From Candidatus Kaiserbacteria bacterium (GTDB lineage Bacteria > Patescibacteriota > Minisyncoccia > Phycocordibacterales > UBA2100): a stretch of DNA of 64,000 bases. The notes under the pieces are model-generated. The model searched no databases, had not been told where the DNA came from, and was given only the letters and a program-made list of their open reading frames with translations. This document shows, piece after piece, positions 42,717-51,586 of the stretch. A program made the position numbers and the translations under genes. How positions within the stretch are numbered: the first letter of the stretch is position 1; every line of letters starts with the position of its first letter. Where the stretch lies: contig JAQBRI010000005.1 of assembly GCA_028286585.1 (NCBI GenBank), positions 13,973 through 77,972 on the forward strand, written 5' to 3'.

Positions 42717-43493
42717 TTACGCTGTTACAGAAGCAGCTGGCTGTGCAGCTGGAGCGGCACGCTTACCGTCTTGGTAACTTTCTGAGACAGCATCGGAAAC
42801 TGTGCGAACCGATCGTACTGATGTGTCATTTCCTGGGATAGGATATTGGATGACAGAAAAATCACAGTCAGAACTAGCGAGTCCAACAACAGGAATGTTG
42901 AGCTGATTTGCTTCGCGGACTGCAATATGTTCATGTCGAGTATCAACAACAAAGAGTGCTGCTGGAAGTGATCCCATGTGTGCAATGCCTCCAAATCGAG
43001 AGATAAGCTTGTCAATCTGGCGATCAATCATGAGACGTTCTTTCTTGGTGTATTTGCCCAATTCTCCACGATCTCGCTCGCCACTCAATCGTTCCAATAG
43101 GTCGAGTCGTGTTCGAATATTCTTAAAATTAGTGAGAGTGCCTCCAATCCATCGTCCTGCAACGTATGGCTGTCCTGCGCGCTCAGCTGCAGCACGTACG
43201 ATTGCTTGTACTTCGTTTTTACCTCCGACAAAAAGGACAGTCTTACCTGCTTGTGCGAGATTTGATACAAATGTTGAGGCAGCAGTCAATCGATCGTTAG
43301 TATTATCAATATTAAACATATCGATCCGTTCTTTTACGGTACCGAGAAATGGAAGTGCTGTTGGGTGACGACGTGTGCGACTATAGCCGAAATGAGTTCC
43401 GGCGCTTTCAAGTATTTGAGTAGTGATATTTGTCATGAAAAAGTCCCACATCTGGGTAGCCTGCATAGTATCAGATTGAGGTGCTATATGCAA
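42717..43493 (-). CDS. rpsB: 30S ribosomal protein S2
   Basis: The product has LESAGTHFGYSRTRRHPTALPFLGTVKERIDMFNIDNTN. The likely start is MTNITTQ at nt 43433. There is a short Ala/Pro-rich C-terminal tail. Confidence 0.9.
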   Translation of the reverse strand: MHIAPQSDTMQATQMWDFFMTNITTQILESAGTHFGYSRTRRHPTALPFLGTVKERIDMFNIDNTNDRLTAASTFVSNLAQAGKTVLFVGGKNEVQAIVRAAAERAGQPYVAGRWIGGTLTNFKNIRTRLDLLERLSGERDRGELGKYTKKERLMIDRQIDKLISRFGGIAHMGSLPAALFVVDTRHEHIAVREANQLNIPVVGLASSDCDFSVIQYPIPGNDTSVRSVRTVSDAVSESYQDGKRAAPAAQPAASVTA

Positions 43494-43512
43494 CAGGCAG
43501 GCGTAAAGCTAA

Positions 43513-44502
43513 CTATTCGTCGTCGTCCCCTGCCTCAAGTTCGCCTTTTTCATATTTATCAAGGCTCTCGAGAATTGGGCCGATGCGTCCACCCATAATA
43601 GCTTCGATGTTTGACCATGATTGCTTGATGCGATGATCCGTCAATCGATCTTGGGGAAAGTTATATGTTCGAATCTTTTCCGAACGATCTCCGGTACCAA
43701 CCTGACCCTTGCGATCTGCGGCACGTTCACGATCTTCTTCTTCATCCTTTTTTTGCTGAAGCCGACTCATGAGCATGGTCATCGCCTTTTCTCTGTTTTG
43801 TGCCTGACTGCGCTCGGACGTCACGCGCACATCGATGCCTGTCGGCTTGTGAATGAGTCGTACCGCCGTTTCAACTTTGTTGACGTTTTGTCCTCCTTTA
43901 CCGCCAGAGCGTGAAAATTCTACTTCGATATCAGTTGGTGGAACTTCCATCTTGGTACGTTTGTAGAGCGGCAAGATTGCAACGGAGGCAGTCGAGGTAT
44001 GTATGCGTCCTGCTTTTTCTGTTGCAGGTACACGCTGTACGCGATGTACTCCCGTCTCAAAACGAAGTGTTCGGTAACAATCAACGCCCTTTATTTCAAA
44101 TTGTGCTTCTTTGATGCCACCCAATGCAGCGCGAGATTCATCAAGTTTTGTCCAAGTCCACTTTTGTACTTCGGCAAACCGCAAATACATATGAGCGAGT
44201 TCTTCTGCAAATAGCGAGGCCTCTTCACCTCCTACACCTGAGCGCACTTCAAGAATAACTTCGTTTGGCCATTCACGTTCGTTTGGGTTGCCAATGATGC
44301 TTTCCATTTGCTTCATAAGACTATCCTTTTGTGCAGAAATATCCTCAAGCTCCTTTTCGGCAAGCTCCTTCATGCCTGGATCAACTTCCAAAAGTTCACT
44401 GGCATCGTGTTCAGCCTGCGTAAGACGCTTCCATTCATCTACCAAAAAAGTTACCCGATGATCATCGGCGTAGTCGAGGGGTTGAATAGTATTGTCGGTC
44501 AT
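43513..44502 (-). CDS. prfA: peptide chain release factor 1
   Basis: The GGQ motif ([17 protein letters not shown]) and the RF1-type codon-recognition motif PAT ([17 protein letters not shown]) are present. The RF2-type SPF motif is absent. The product is 329 aa. Confidence 0.85.
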   Translation of the reverse strand: MTDNTIQPLDYADDHRVTFLVDEWKRLTQAEHDASELLEVDPGMKELAEKELEDISAQKDSLMKQMESIIGNPNEREWPNEVILEVRSGVGGEEASLFAEELAHMYLRFAEVQKWTWTKLDESRAALGGIKEAQFEIKGVDCYRTLRFETGVHRVQRVPATEKAGRIHTSTASVAILPLYKRTKMEVPPTDIEVEFSRSGGKGGQNVNKVETAVRLIHKPTGIDVRVTSERSQAQNREKAMTMLMSRLQQKKDEEEDRERAADRKGQVGTGDRSEKIRTYNFPQDRLTDHRIKQSWSNIEAIMGGRIGPILESLDKYEKGELEAGDDDE

Positions 44503-44561
44503 AGAGATATATCAGTATACAACAACACTCCGTGTAAAGACGGAGTGTTGGATATACGTAG

Positions 44562-44819
44562 TTATTTTTTAGAAACCTTAGCTTGTCGAGTCTTAAACTT
44601 CTCAACGCGTCCTGCAGTATCGATAACCTTGGACTGACCAGTATAAAATGGGTGTGAAGCACTCGAAATTTCGATTTGGTGAAGTGGGTATTCTTCTCCA
44701 TCTGGACCTTTGCCTGTTTTTGAGGTTTTGATGGTTGAGCCAATCAAAAAAGTCTTTCCTGAGGTAGTGTCCTCAAAGAGTACTGTTCGGTAACTTTCTG
44801 GATGTGTATCTTTTTTCAT
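44562..44819 (-). CDS. rpmE: 50S ribosomal protein L31 (type B, no Cys cluster)
   Basis: The 85-aa product begins [13 protein letters not shown] and contains [20 protein letters not shown]. Confidence 0.85.
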   Translation of the reverse strand: MKKDTHPESYRTVLFEDTTSGKTFLIGSTIKTSKTGKGPDGEEYPLHQIEISSASHPFYTGQSKVIDTAGRVEKFKTRQAKVSKK

Positions 44820-44866
44820 TGGTTACACTATACCGTAAAGCAGCCTTCTTTGCAACACCAGGGTGA

Positions 44867-46192
44867 TTAGGTGCCCGCATTGACCACATCAATATCCTTT
44901 TGGTATTTAGCAGCGAGCGTCATGACTTCATTGCCATAAAAGGCATATTTTGAATTTGTGGCGTTTTTCCAGCCTGCCAAGTAGCGCAGTGCAGCAAGGC
45001 GCTCGTCCGCTGCATTGCCGCTGTCTGCCCCATTATCCTTCATGAGAAGCGCTGTTGCAAAGGCTGCGGTACGAGGACTCCATGGATTTGGCGGACTTTG
45101 ATTGGTTGCGGCCGAGATGCGATCGGCGTAGAGCACCCATGTCGATGGTATAAATTGTCCCGGTCCCATAGCGCCACCCCAGCCGTACCATGCTTTCTTG
45201 GAAACGGGTTGTGAATCGGGATCGAGGCCAAGCTGTGTACAAATAGTTTGAAAAACAGGAGCATCACGCGTTGGATTCATATCTGTTTTCCAATTTCCAG
45301 TTCCTATATTTTGTCCAAGATTACTTTCTTCGGAAAGAATCCCGAGGATTAGCGCCGGTCGCACACCAGTTGCCGCTCCCGCTTCTTTTGCATAACTATA
45401 AATATCACCGAACGAAACTGAGGTATTTCCGTTTGCTAGCGAGAAAAGTGCTTTTTGGATCTGCGCAGCGGTTTGTTGTTGTGTTGCAATTAATTTCTTG
45501 TAGCTCGATTCTTGGCCCTTGGTCGCACTAATGAGAGTCTGTTTACTTTGCTGTGCACTTTGTAGTGTCTTTTTTTGCTGTGTTTGAATCACAAGCAAAT
45601 CACTTTGCTGCTGTTTTTTGTCTTGGAGTGATGCCACGTGCGCGGACAAATCACCCCGCTGCTGTGACATTTTTTCAAATGCAGTCTGCATGGATTTTTG
45701 GATCGATTGATAGTCATCATTTTCGCGAAATACATCACTAAACGATCCTGACAAAGTAATTTGTGCAGGAGTTTTTTGGTCGAGCTGACTCACATTACGC
45801 ATTATTTGAGCAAGAGATGCCATGCCATCCTTTACGCTGGTGTCCAATCCTTGAATCGATTCCTGATCTCCTCCGATTGAGTCTTTGAGCTGTGCAATTT
45901 GAAGATCCCGCTGCTGCATTTCGAGCTGTGATTCCTTGATCTGAGCATTGAGCACTGTTACGTCACGCTCGAGAGACGCCTGTTGTTTTTGAGTATTACT
46001 CAGTTTGATTTGATTGTCTTGAATTTGGGCCTGTACTTGCAAAAGCTGTGTCTGTAATAGCGCACGATCACTTGCAGTGTCCGCATGGGCAATCGGCGTA
46101 TGCGCAACACTCATCAAAAGTACATAACAAAAAAAAGCTACACACCCCAACAAGGATATGTACCCCAATAACTGTACATGCAGCGAACGCAT
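44867..46192 (-). CDS. membrane-anchored coiled-coil protein with C-terminal lytic murein transglycosylase-like domain
   Basis: The product has an N-terminal TM helix and about 200 aa of Gln-rich coiled coil. A C-terminal domain has GPGQFIPSTW (compare the G-x-MQFIPSTW motif of MltB-type lytic transglycosylases) and WYGWGGA. Confidence 0.55.
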   Translation of the reverse strand: MRSLHVQLLGYISLLGCVAFFCYVLLMSVAHTPIAHADTASDRALLQTQLLQVQAQIQDNQIKLSNTQKQQASLERDVTVLNAQIKESQLEMQQRDLQIAQLKDSIGGDQESIQGLDTSVKDGMASLAQIMRNVSQLDQKTPAQITLSGSFSDVFRENDDYQSIQKSMQTAFEKMSQQRGDLSAHVASLQDKKQQQSDLLVIQTQQKKTLQSAQQSKQTLISATKGQESSYKKLIATQQQTAAQIQKALFSLANGNTSVSFGDIYSYAKEAGAATGVRPALILGILSEESNLGQNIGTGNWKTDMNPTRDAPVFQTICTQLGLDPDSQPVSKKAWYGWGGAMGPGQFIPSTWVLYADRISAATNQSPPNPWSPRTAAFATALLMKDNGADSGNAADERLAALRYLAGWKNATNSKYAFYGNEVMTLAAKYQKDIDVVNAGT

Positions 46193-46243
46193 GGATAACA
46201 GTATATCATGCGATTCATTTTACAAAAATTGTATCGTGCTGAA

Positions 46244-46900
46244 TTATTCAGCAGTCTCTTCTGTTGGTGCTTCTACTGGCTCTGCAAGTGATTCCTTTGT
46301 TGGAAGCTGCTCTTCTTCTTTTACTTCTTCGTATGAAGTAACTGATGCTACTGTTTCTTCTGGATTTGTCTTGAGTTCGGCACTTGATGGAAGCTTGATA
46401 TCAGCAACAGTGAGATGATCTCCCAAATTTACGAGTGATGAAATATCAACCTCAAGATGGTGAGGCAATTGTGCGGCAGAGACTTCGATCTCGATTTCAT
46501 GCATTGCCTTAACAATGATAAATCCAGCCTTTTCTGCTTGTGATTCTCCAACAAAGTGCAATGGAACTGCAACTTCGATCTTCTTACCCTTTTCGAGAAC
46601 ATAAAAATCTGCATGGATAACGATACCGGTCACTGGGTGAATTTGAACATCGTGGATCAAGGTCTCCTTTGGAGCTCCGATGCCTTCGAGCATGACGAGA
46701 GTTGTTTCTCCTGCCTCTTTCCAAACACTTTCAAGCTTACGAGCGTCTACAGTGATAGCTTGTGCAGCCTCCTTTTTTCCGTAAAAAACAGCAGGAGTCA
46801 TTCCCTTTGAACGTAAAAGTTCAGTGGATTCCTTTCCCATGTCTTCTCGTGCCGTAACTTGTAGTGTTAACATGGGCTGCAGTATACCGTTTTGTGGCAT
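46244..46900 (-). CDS. rplY: 50S ribosomal protein L25 / general stress protein Ctc
   Basis: The product has LTLQVTAREDMGKESTELLRSKGMTPAVFYGKK and an acidic C-terminal tail. The likely start is MLTLQV. Confidence 0.8.
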   Translation of the reverse strand: MPQNGILQPMLTLQVTAREDMGKESTELLRSKGMTPAVFYGKKEAAQAITVDARKLESVWKEAGETTLVMLEGIGAPKETLIHDVQIHPVTGIVIHADFYVLEKGKKIEVAVPLHFVGESQAEKAGFIIVKAMHEIEIEVSAAQLPHHLEVDISSLVNLGDHLTVADIKLPSSAELKTNPEETVASVTSYEEVKEEEQLPTKESLAEPVEAPTEETAE

Positions 46901-46967
46901 TTTTGCAAGGATTCTATCGCTGTACGTATTTTAATGGTCGTTAAAATGCGTACATTTTAGAGAAGGT

Positions 46968-47858
46968 TTACTTACCGGAGAAAAGACGTAGATATTTTTC
47001 GGTCATTGCCTGTACTCCAGCAACGCCTCCTGCCAAGAATTTGTATGGTGCTATTTCGTCGATATTTGCGACAAGTGCTTCTTCTATCCCCTTGCGATAC
47101 GCAACGCGGATGTCAGTATTGATGTGCACAATCGAGCATCCTGCAGGACCTGCGGCTCCTAAGTCGGAATCAGACGAACCCGATCCGCCATGTAATACCA
47201 ATGGAATATTAATTGCATCTCGTATTGCAGTGATGCGAGCAAGATCAATCTTGGGCTCCCCTCCTCCCTTAAGACGTCCGTGCATCGTGCCCACAGCAGG
47301 CGCGAGCAAATCAACTCCGGTTTCGGTAACAAAATGTACAGCCTCTTCTACCGTTGTGAGATTTGCATCCATATCTTCTGGTGGTGCATCGAGTAATTTA
47401 CTCGAAGTGCCGATGCGTCCAATTTCTGCCTCGACAATGATATCGCGGCCAGAGGCCCGGGCATACGCAACTATTTCTTTTGTGTTTGCAATATTCTCAT
47501 CCATAGGCAAATGACTGCCGTCAAAAATAACCGCATCATATCCGGCATCAATAACTGATTTTACTCCTTCAACTGAGTATGTGTGATCGGCGTTAAGGTA
47601 TACCTGTAGCCCGGCTTCGCGCGCAACTCGCACCAGCGCTGCAAGATTTTTTTCACCAATAAATTTGCGCTCACCTTCTGAGGCACCAATAATTACTGGA
47701 ACTCCAACAGCCTGCGCTGCTGCAATAACCGCATTGCTTTGATTGGAGTCTGAAACATTAAAGTGTCCAATCGCATACTTGCCTTCTCGCGCTTGTGTAA
47801 TTGCTTCTCGTAGTGTTTGCATATGCAAATATAGTAACACACAAACACAAACCGCCAC
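46968..47858 (-). CDS. fba: class II fructose-bisphosphate aldolase (FBA/tagatose-bisphosphate aldolase family)
   Basis: The product has the MQTLREAITQAREGKYAIGHFNV motif. The Zn ligands and motifs are present (HGGSGSSDSD, NADHT, VHINTD). The likely start is MQTLREAI at nt 47822. Confidence 0.85.
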   Translation of the reverse strand: MAVCVCVLLYLHMQTLREAITQAREGKYAIGHFNVSDSNQSNAVIAAAQAVGVPVIIGASEGERKFIGEKNLAALVRVAREAGLQVYLNADHTYSVEGVKSVIDAGYDAVIFDGSHLPMDENIANTKEIVAYARASGRDIIVEAEIGRIGTSSKLLDAPPEDMDANLTTVEEAVHFVTETGVDLLAPAVGTMHGRLKGGGEPKIDLARITAIRDAINIPLVLHGGSGSSDSDLGAAGPAGCSIVHINTDIRVAYRKGIEEALVANIDEIAPYKFLAGGVAGVQAMTEKYLRLFSGK

Positions 47859-47877
47859 TTGTGGTGGCGGTTTGTGT
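47845..47877 (-). terminator. rho-independent terminator of the repeat-protein gene
   Basis: The hairpin is acacaaaccgccac-ttgt-ggtggcggtttgtgt (14-bp stem). It is followed on the minus strand by ttgtgtgttact. It lies between the surface-protein stop and the fba start. Confidence 0.55.
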
Positions 47878-47881
47878 AACT

Positions 47882-47914
47882 TTATTTTGGAGCGTAAGCC
47901 ACGTCTGACGTGGG
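47882..47914. repeat. conserved 3'-flank element copy 1 (ttattttggag…CCACGTCTGACGTGG hairpin)
   Basis: It shares ttattttggag plus the palindrome ccacgtYtgacgtgg with the copy at 51536..51577. Both copies lie just past the stop codons of the two paralogous surface-protein genes. Confidence 0.55.
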
Positions 47915-47934
47915 CACCTATAAGGACGACGGGC

Positions 47935-49599
47935 TTATGAACGATTGATCACAAGTCGTGGTACCCCACCGACTGTTTCCATGGTCATTGAGTCACCTTT
48001 TTGAGTAACCGCTACTGGTGTAGCTACTACTGTTGGTGCAACAACTGGCTGTACAGGAGTTGTAATAGCCTTTGCTACAAAGTTAACTGGCTTTACCGGC
48101 TTGTATCCCTTGATAGCTTGCGTTGCGAGTCGAGCAGCGCCACCGTTCATATACACGATAAGGTATGCGCCAGAGACAGCAAAGAGTCCGAGAGCAAACC
48201 AGTAGATTGAATTTCCAAGAACTCCGAAATCAAAACCGGTATAAGGGATTTGAGAGAGTGAAATTGCTGCAACATTGTTTCCAACATTGATGTTCACACT
48301 ACAATTTGAAGTTTGTCCGTTCGAGCTAGTGATAGTAAGCACGTAGTTGGTTGAACTGTATGGATGCACGGTCAACGTACCTGTTGTGTTTACATTTCCA
48401 ACTCCCGAGAGTGAAGCGTAATTTGCTCCAGTTGCAGCCCACGCAAGTACTGTTGAATCACCACTACGAACTGATGTTCGAGTCGCACTGATGTAACAAG
48501 CAAATGCCTGATTGTTGATGTACTGCACTGGCTGTGAGTAGATCGGTGTAACAACGTTGTTGTTATTATTGTTATTGTTGATCACAACTGGGTTGTATGA
48601 ATTCGAGTTTTGGTACGAGTATCCTGGGTATGAAGTGTATACGATCGGTTGCGGGTAAGTATTTCCACGGCAGTTTGGATAGACACCAGTAAGACCCTGT
48701 TGCGCACATGTTGGTACCGGTTGTGGAGGGTATGAACAGTGTGGGTATGTTCCGATCATGCCTTGCTGCACACAGGTTGGAATTGGTTGCTGTGGGTAAG
48801 TAGGGTATGAGGGATATGAAGGAGTTCCAGGGTATGTTGGGTACGAAGGCGTTGAAGGTCGTGAAGGAGTACTTGGGTAACTCGGTGCGTATTGCACTGA
48901 TGATCCCTGTGCTATTGAGTAACCTTGTGAAGAGTAGCCCTGTGAACTTCCGTAACCGCTTGAGTAACTACTGCCATATGATGGAGAGTAGGAACTATCG
49001 TACGATGGTGAGTATGAGCTGTCGTATGACGGTGAGTAAGAAGAATCGTATGAAGCCGTATATGAAGAATCATATGATGGAGAATACGCAGAGTCGTACG
49101 ATGGACTGTATGCACTATCGTACTGAGGTGAATATGATGAGTCATATGATGGTGAGTACGCTGAATCATATTGTGGAGAATACGATGAATCGTATGATGG
49201 AGAATACGAACTATCGTAAAATGGTGAGTATGAGGAATCATACGACGGAGAGTATGAACTGTCGTAAAATGGTGAGTACGAAGAATCATAAGAAGGACTG
49301 TATGAAGAATCATACTGTGGAGAATATGAAGAGTCGTATGACGGACTGTATGATCCACCGTAACTTGGTGAATATGAGGAATCGTATCCCCCACTGTATG
49401 AGCCTGAGTAGTCAGACACATCACCACAACAACCCTCGTCAAATTGTGCATTTGCAATTACCGGCATTACTGATGTAACAACAGTAAAAGCTGCCACAAT
49501 GAATGCGATTCGTGAACTTTGTATAAAATTTGTCATATGATTTTTTTCTAATTCGCACGTAATAATTAACTGCTTACTAATTTTGAGGAGTAAAAACAA
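47935..49599 (-). CDS. cell-surface repeat protein, paralogue 1 (20 tandem DSSYSPSY repeats, Asn8 tract, Ig-like domain, C-terminal IPYTG–TM–basic tail)
   Basis: The product has a signal peptide (start probably MTNFIQ at nt 49536). It has perfect 24-nt periodicity across about 480 nt, then QGYSSQGYSIAQGSSVQYAP and a P/Y-rich linker. The shared C-terminus is LSQIPYTGFDFG + hydrophobic helix + YMNGG + basic residues. Confidence 0.6.
   Translation of the reverse strand: MFLLLKISKQLIITCELEKNHMTNFIQSSRIAFIVAAFTVVTSVMPVIANAQFDEGCCGDVSDYSGSYSGGYDSSYSPSYGGSYSPSYDSSYSPQYDSSYSPSYDSSYSPFYDSSYSPSYDSSYSPFYDSSYSPSYDSSYSPQYDSAYSPSYDSSYSPQYDSAYSPSYDSAYSPSYDSSYTASYDSSYSPSYDSSYSPSYDSSYSPSYGSSYSSGYGSSQGYSSQGYSIAQGSSVQYAPSYPSTPSRPSTPSYPTYPGTPSYPSYPTYPQQPIPTCVQQGMIGTYPHCSYPPQPVPTCAQQGLTGVYPNCRGNTYPQPIVYTSYPGYSYQNSNSYNPVVINNNNNNNNVVTPIYSQPVQYINNQAFACYISATRTSVRSGDSTVLAWAATGANYASLSGVGNVNTTGTLTVHPYSSTNYVLTITSSNGQTSNCSVNINVGNNVAAISLSQIPYTGFDFGVLGNSIYWFALGLFAVSGAYLIVYMNGGAARLATQAIKGYKPVKPVNFVAKAITTPVQPVVAPTVVATPVAVTQKGDSMTMETVGGVPRLVINRS
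48924..49410. repeat. coding tandem repeat array, about 20 copies of a 24-nt unit (encodes D-S-S-Y-S-P-S-Y with Q/F/A/G variants)
   Basis: Visible in the translation: YDSSYSPSYDSSYSPFYDSSYSPSYDSSYSPQYDSAYSPSY. The nucleotide units are imperfect (synonymous variation). Confidence 0.7.
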
Positions 49600-49705
49600 C
49601 TGTTGCTATTATATCAGATAACTGATCATTGTCAATAGGTGGAATAAAAGTATTTTGGCGTCGGCAACATTGGAGTTGCCGACGCACTTTTCTCATTTTT
49701 TTTGC

Positions 49706-50176
49706 TCAGTGAGCCGGTACCGAAGGGTGCCCGGGTCCCCCGCACGCCTCGACGCCCAAAAGGCACGCGAGTGCCGGTGAAGTGTTACCGCGGCCGGACA
49801 AAATCGGATTGATTTCCGAATCGCCTGTCAGCAGCACACTGTGTTCCGAACACAGATACACGTCGTCGGGTTTTCCGCCGCCATGCATCCAGTAGTTTTG
49901 CGGATAGCAAAACTGCCCTTGTGCCGATGGAATCGTCTTCGCGTCGCGTATGACTTCCTTGCCTTTTCGCGAAACGATGATTGTGACATTCGCACCGGCC
50001 GAAGGCAGGACGAAGTTCACGCACACCAGAGGTTTTGTGGTCGGACGAGGCGCGCGAGGCTTTGCATGCTTATACAGCATACAGAGTTCGTCGCAGTCTG
50101 CGGGCAAGCTGCGAGCTTCTACAGTAGCGGGAAGCCACAGCAGAAACATGCTAATGAGAAAGTAAAAGATCTTCAT
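49706..50176 (-). CDS. small secreted Cys-containing hypothetical protein (156 aa) in GC-rich island
   Basis: The product has a signal peptide (MKIFYFLISMFLLWLPATVEA) and 8 Cys. An AAGGAGGG RBS is present. Local GC is about 65–73%. Confidence 0.45.
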   Translation of the reverse strand: MKIFYFLISMFLLWLPATVEARSLPADCDELCMLYKHAKPRAPRPTTKPLVCVNFVLPSAGANVTIIVSRKGKEVIRDAKTIPSAQGQFCYPQNYWMHGGGKPDDVYLCSEHSVLLTGDSEINPILSGRGNTSPALACLLGVEACGGPGHPSVPAH

Positions 50177-50207
50177 GGCCCCCTCCTTGAGTTGTTCGCC
50201 GAATGGC

Positions 50208-50254
50208 GAATTCGTGAGTGCCTGGCTGACATCAATATCTTGATATCAATCAGG
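50208..50254 (-). promoter_or_regulatory. conserved 5' leader / operator-like element, copy 1
   Basis: GAATTCGTGAGTGCCTGGCTGacATCAAtatcTTGATatCAATCAGG lies 30–75 nt upstream of the start codon. It contains the inverted repeat ATCAA-N4-TTGAT and is about 80% identical to copy 2. Confidence 0.45.
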
Positions 50255-50335
50255 CAATTGCGAAAATAAAAAACTAAAAGTAGTGTGGCGGAAGGGTAAA
50301 GAATTTCTTCTTCAATGTTCCCTTCCGCCAATAGA

Positions 50336-50650
50336 TCAACGGGTCCCCGACATGCGAACCATGCCATCGTGACGACCCGCCGCGTCGCATCGGAAATTTG
50401 CGTCGGCCGGAGGAATTCCTCCGAACGGGCGTCCGTTTGTGTCGTAGAACACCGGTCTGGTATTCACGCCGAATTGCGTTCGCCGCTTGTTGGCCTGCTC
50501 GAAACAACGAACAATTCCAGCCTGCCATTGCGGATTTCCGCTCGTGAGAACGGGAGCCGAGATTGGCGGAAGCGCGAAACGTTTCGGTGCTTCTTGCGCA
50601 GAAACAACGGTCGAAGCAATGATGAATGCGGTGACGAAGAACAATTTCAT
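50336..50650 (-). CDS. small secreted hypothetical protein (104 aa) in GC-rich island
   Basis: The product has a signal peptide (MKLFFVTAFIIASTVVSAQEA). The gene has its own hairpin terminator (GGCGGAAGG…CCTTCCGCC at 50274–50320) and a leader element like that of the neighbouring gene. Confidence 0.45.
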   Translation of the reverse strand: MKLFFVTAFIIASTVVSAQEAPKRFALPPISAPVLTSGNPQWQAGIVRCFEQANKRRTQFGVNTRPVFYDTNGRPFGGIPPADANFRCDAAGRHDGMVRMSGTR

Positions 50651-50683
50651 GGCCTTCTCCTGTGGTTGCCTGTCTTGACGACA

Positions 50684-50730
50684 GAATTCGTGAGTGCCTG
50701 GCTGGTATCAAATAATTGATAACAATCAGG
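50684..50730 (-). promoter_or_regulatory. conserved 5' leader / operator-like element, copy 2
   Basis: GAATTCGTGAGTGCCTGGCTGgtATCAAataaTTGATaaCAATCAGG lies upstream of the 50336..50650 gene. Confidence 0.45.
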
Positions 50731-50792
50731 TACTAATGAAAAAGTATTGGCGGAAGGAGCATGATGAATCATGTTTCCTTCCGCCGAATTGA

Positions 50793-51344
50793 TCAGATCG
50801 CGCCAGATTCGGTAAAGCGCGCGTCGAAGTGGCAACGGGACAACGAGTTCATGTCGCCGGAAACTTCCGGCCTGACCTCGGTGCGATGCCATTCTGCGCG
50901 CTTGGCCGCCTGCTCCTCGCACCTGTTCTTGAATTCGCCGAACTTCGACGCGTTCTGATTCTGCGACGCCTCCGGAGTTGGCGAGCGACCTTGCGGGCCG
51001 CCGCGATCCGAGAAGCCGAGATTCGGCTGACGTTCGACGCTCGCGGAAAATTCGCGCTCATCGATCATCGGTTGCTGCGCGTCGTGCGACGAACCAAAGA
51101 TGCGACCGCGGCCACGACCGCTGTGGAGCGCGACAAGCGCCCGCAGTTTCGCCGCGGACATCCTCGGAACTCGCGAACCTTTCGGTTGGCAACGTTCGTC
51201 GATGCCCATATAGTCGCCGCGATGCTGACCGCACGGATTGCCGGCAGCCTCGGCGTTCGTCGCGGTGATCGGTGCCGAGGCGACCGAACCAACGAGAGCG
51301 AGGGCGAAAGCAGACGCAAAGGCGAAAGATGCAATCTTGATCAT
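50793..51344 (-). CDS. secreted hypothetical protein (183 aa), Arg/Gly-rich, in GC-rich island
   Basis: The product has a signal peptide (MIKIASFAFASAFALALVGSVASA). The terminator hairpin GGCGGAAGG…CCTTCCGCC at 50747–50790 lies downstream. Confidence 0.4.
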   Translation of the reverse strand: MIKIASFAFASAFALALVGSVASAPITATNAEAAGNPCGQHRGDYMGIDERCQPKGSRVPRMSAAKLRALVALHSGRGRGRIFGSSHDAQQPMIDEREFSASVERQPNLGFSDRGGPQGRSPTPEASQNQNASKFGEFKNRCEEQAAKRAEWHRTEVRPEVSGDMNSLSRCHFDARFTESGAI

Positions 51345-51535
51345 GTGTAAAAGACCTCCGTTGTGCCTGTTCGGGTGAACTAGGCTTGGGTTCTAGAGAG
51401 ATGAATATCTCCCCAGCTAGTACAATGATAGCATGCAAGAGCCGTTTTGTCAAGCCCCTGTACCATCGCACCTAAAATAGGTGTACCACACTATAAACAC
51501 AAAAACCACCCCTTTCGAGATGGTTTTTGCTGACC

Positions 51536-51577
51536 TTATTTTGGAGTCTTTGAGTGCTGGACCACGTTTGACGTGGG
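51536..51577. repeat. conserved 3'-flank element copy 2 (ttattttggag…CCACGTTTGACGTGG hairpin)
   Basis: See copy 1. A further weak hairpin plus a tttgtgttt tract follows, as in paralogue 1. Confidence 0.55.
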
Positions 51578-51586
51578 GCGGCGGCT

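Noticed and set aside
43513-44502. Possibility that the release factor is RF2 with a programmed frameshift
   Set aside because: The codon-recognition tripeptide is PAT (RF1-type), not SPF, and the ORF is uninterrupted. No frameshift site was seen.
47822-47858. N-terminal extension MAVCVCVLLYLH of the fba ORF
   Set aside because: It is the translation of the reverse complement of the upstream terminator hairpin. The conserved FBA N-terminus begins at MQTLREAI (nt 47822).
48924-49410. Regularly spaced 24-nt repeats that could superficially look like a CRISPR array
   Set aside because: The units are contiguous (no spacers), lie in a long open reading frame and translate to the DSSYSPSY protein repeat. 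No cas genes are present.
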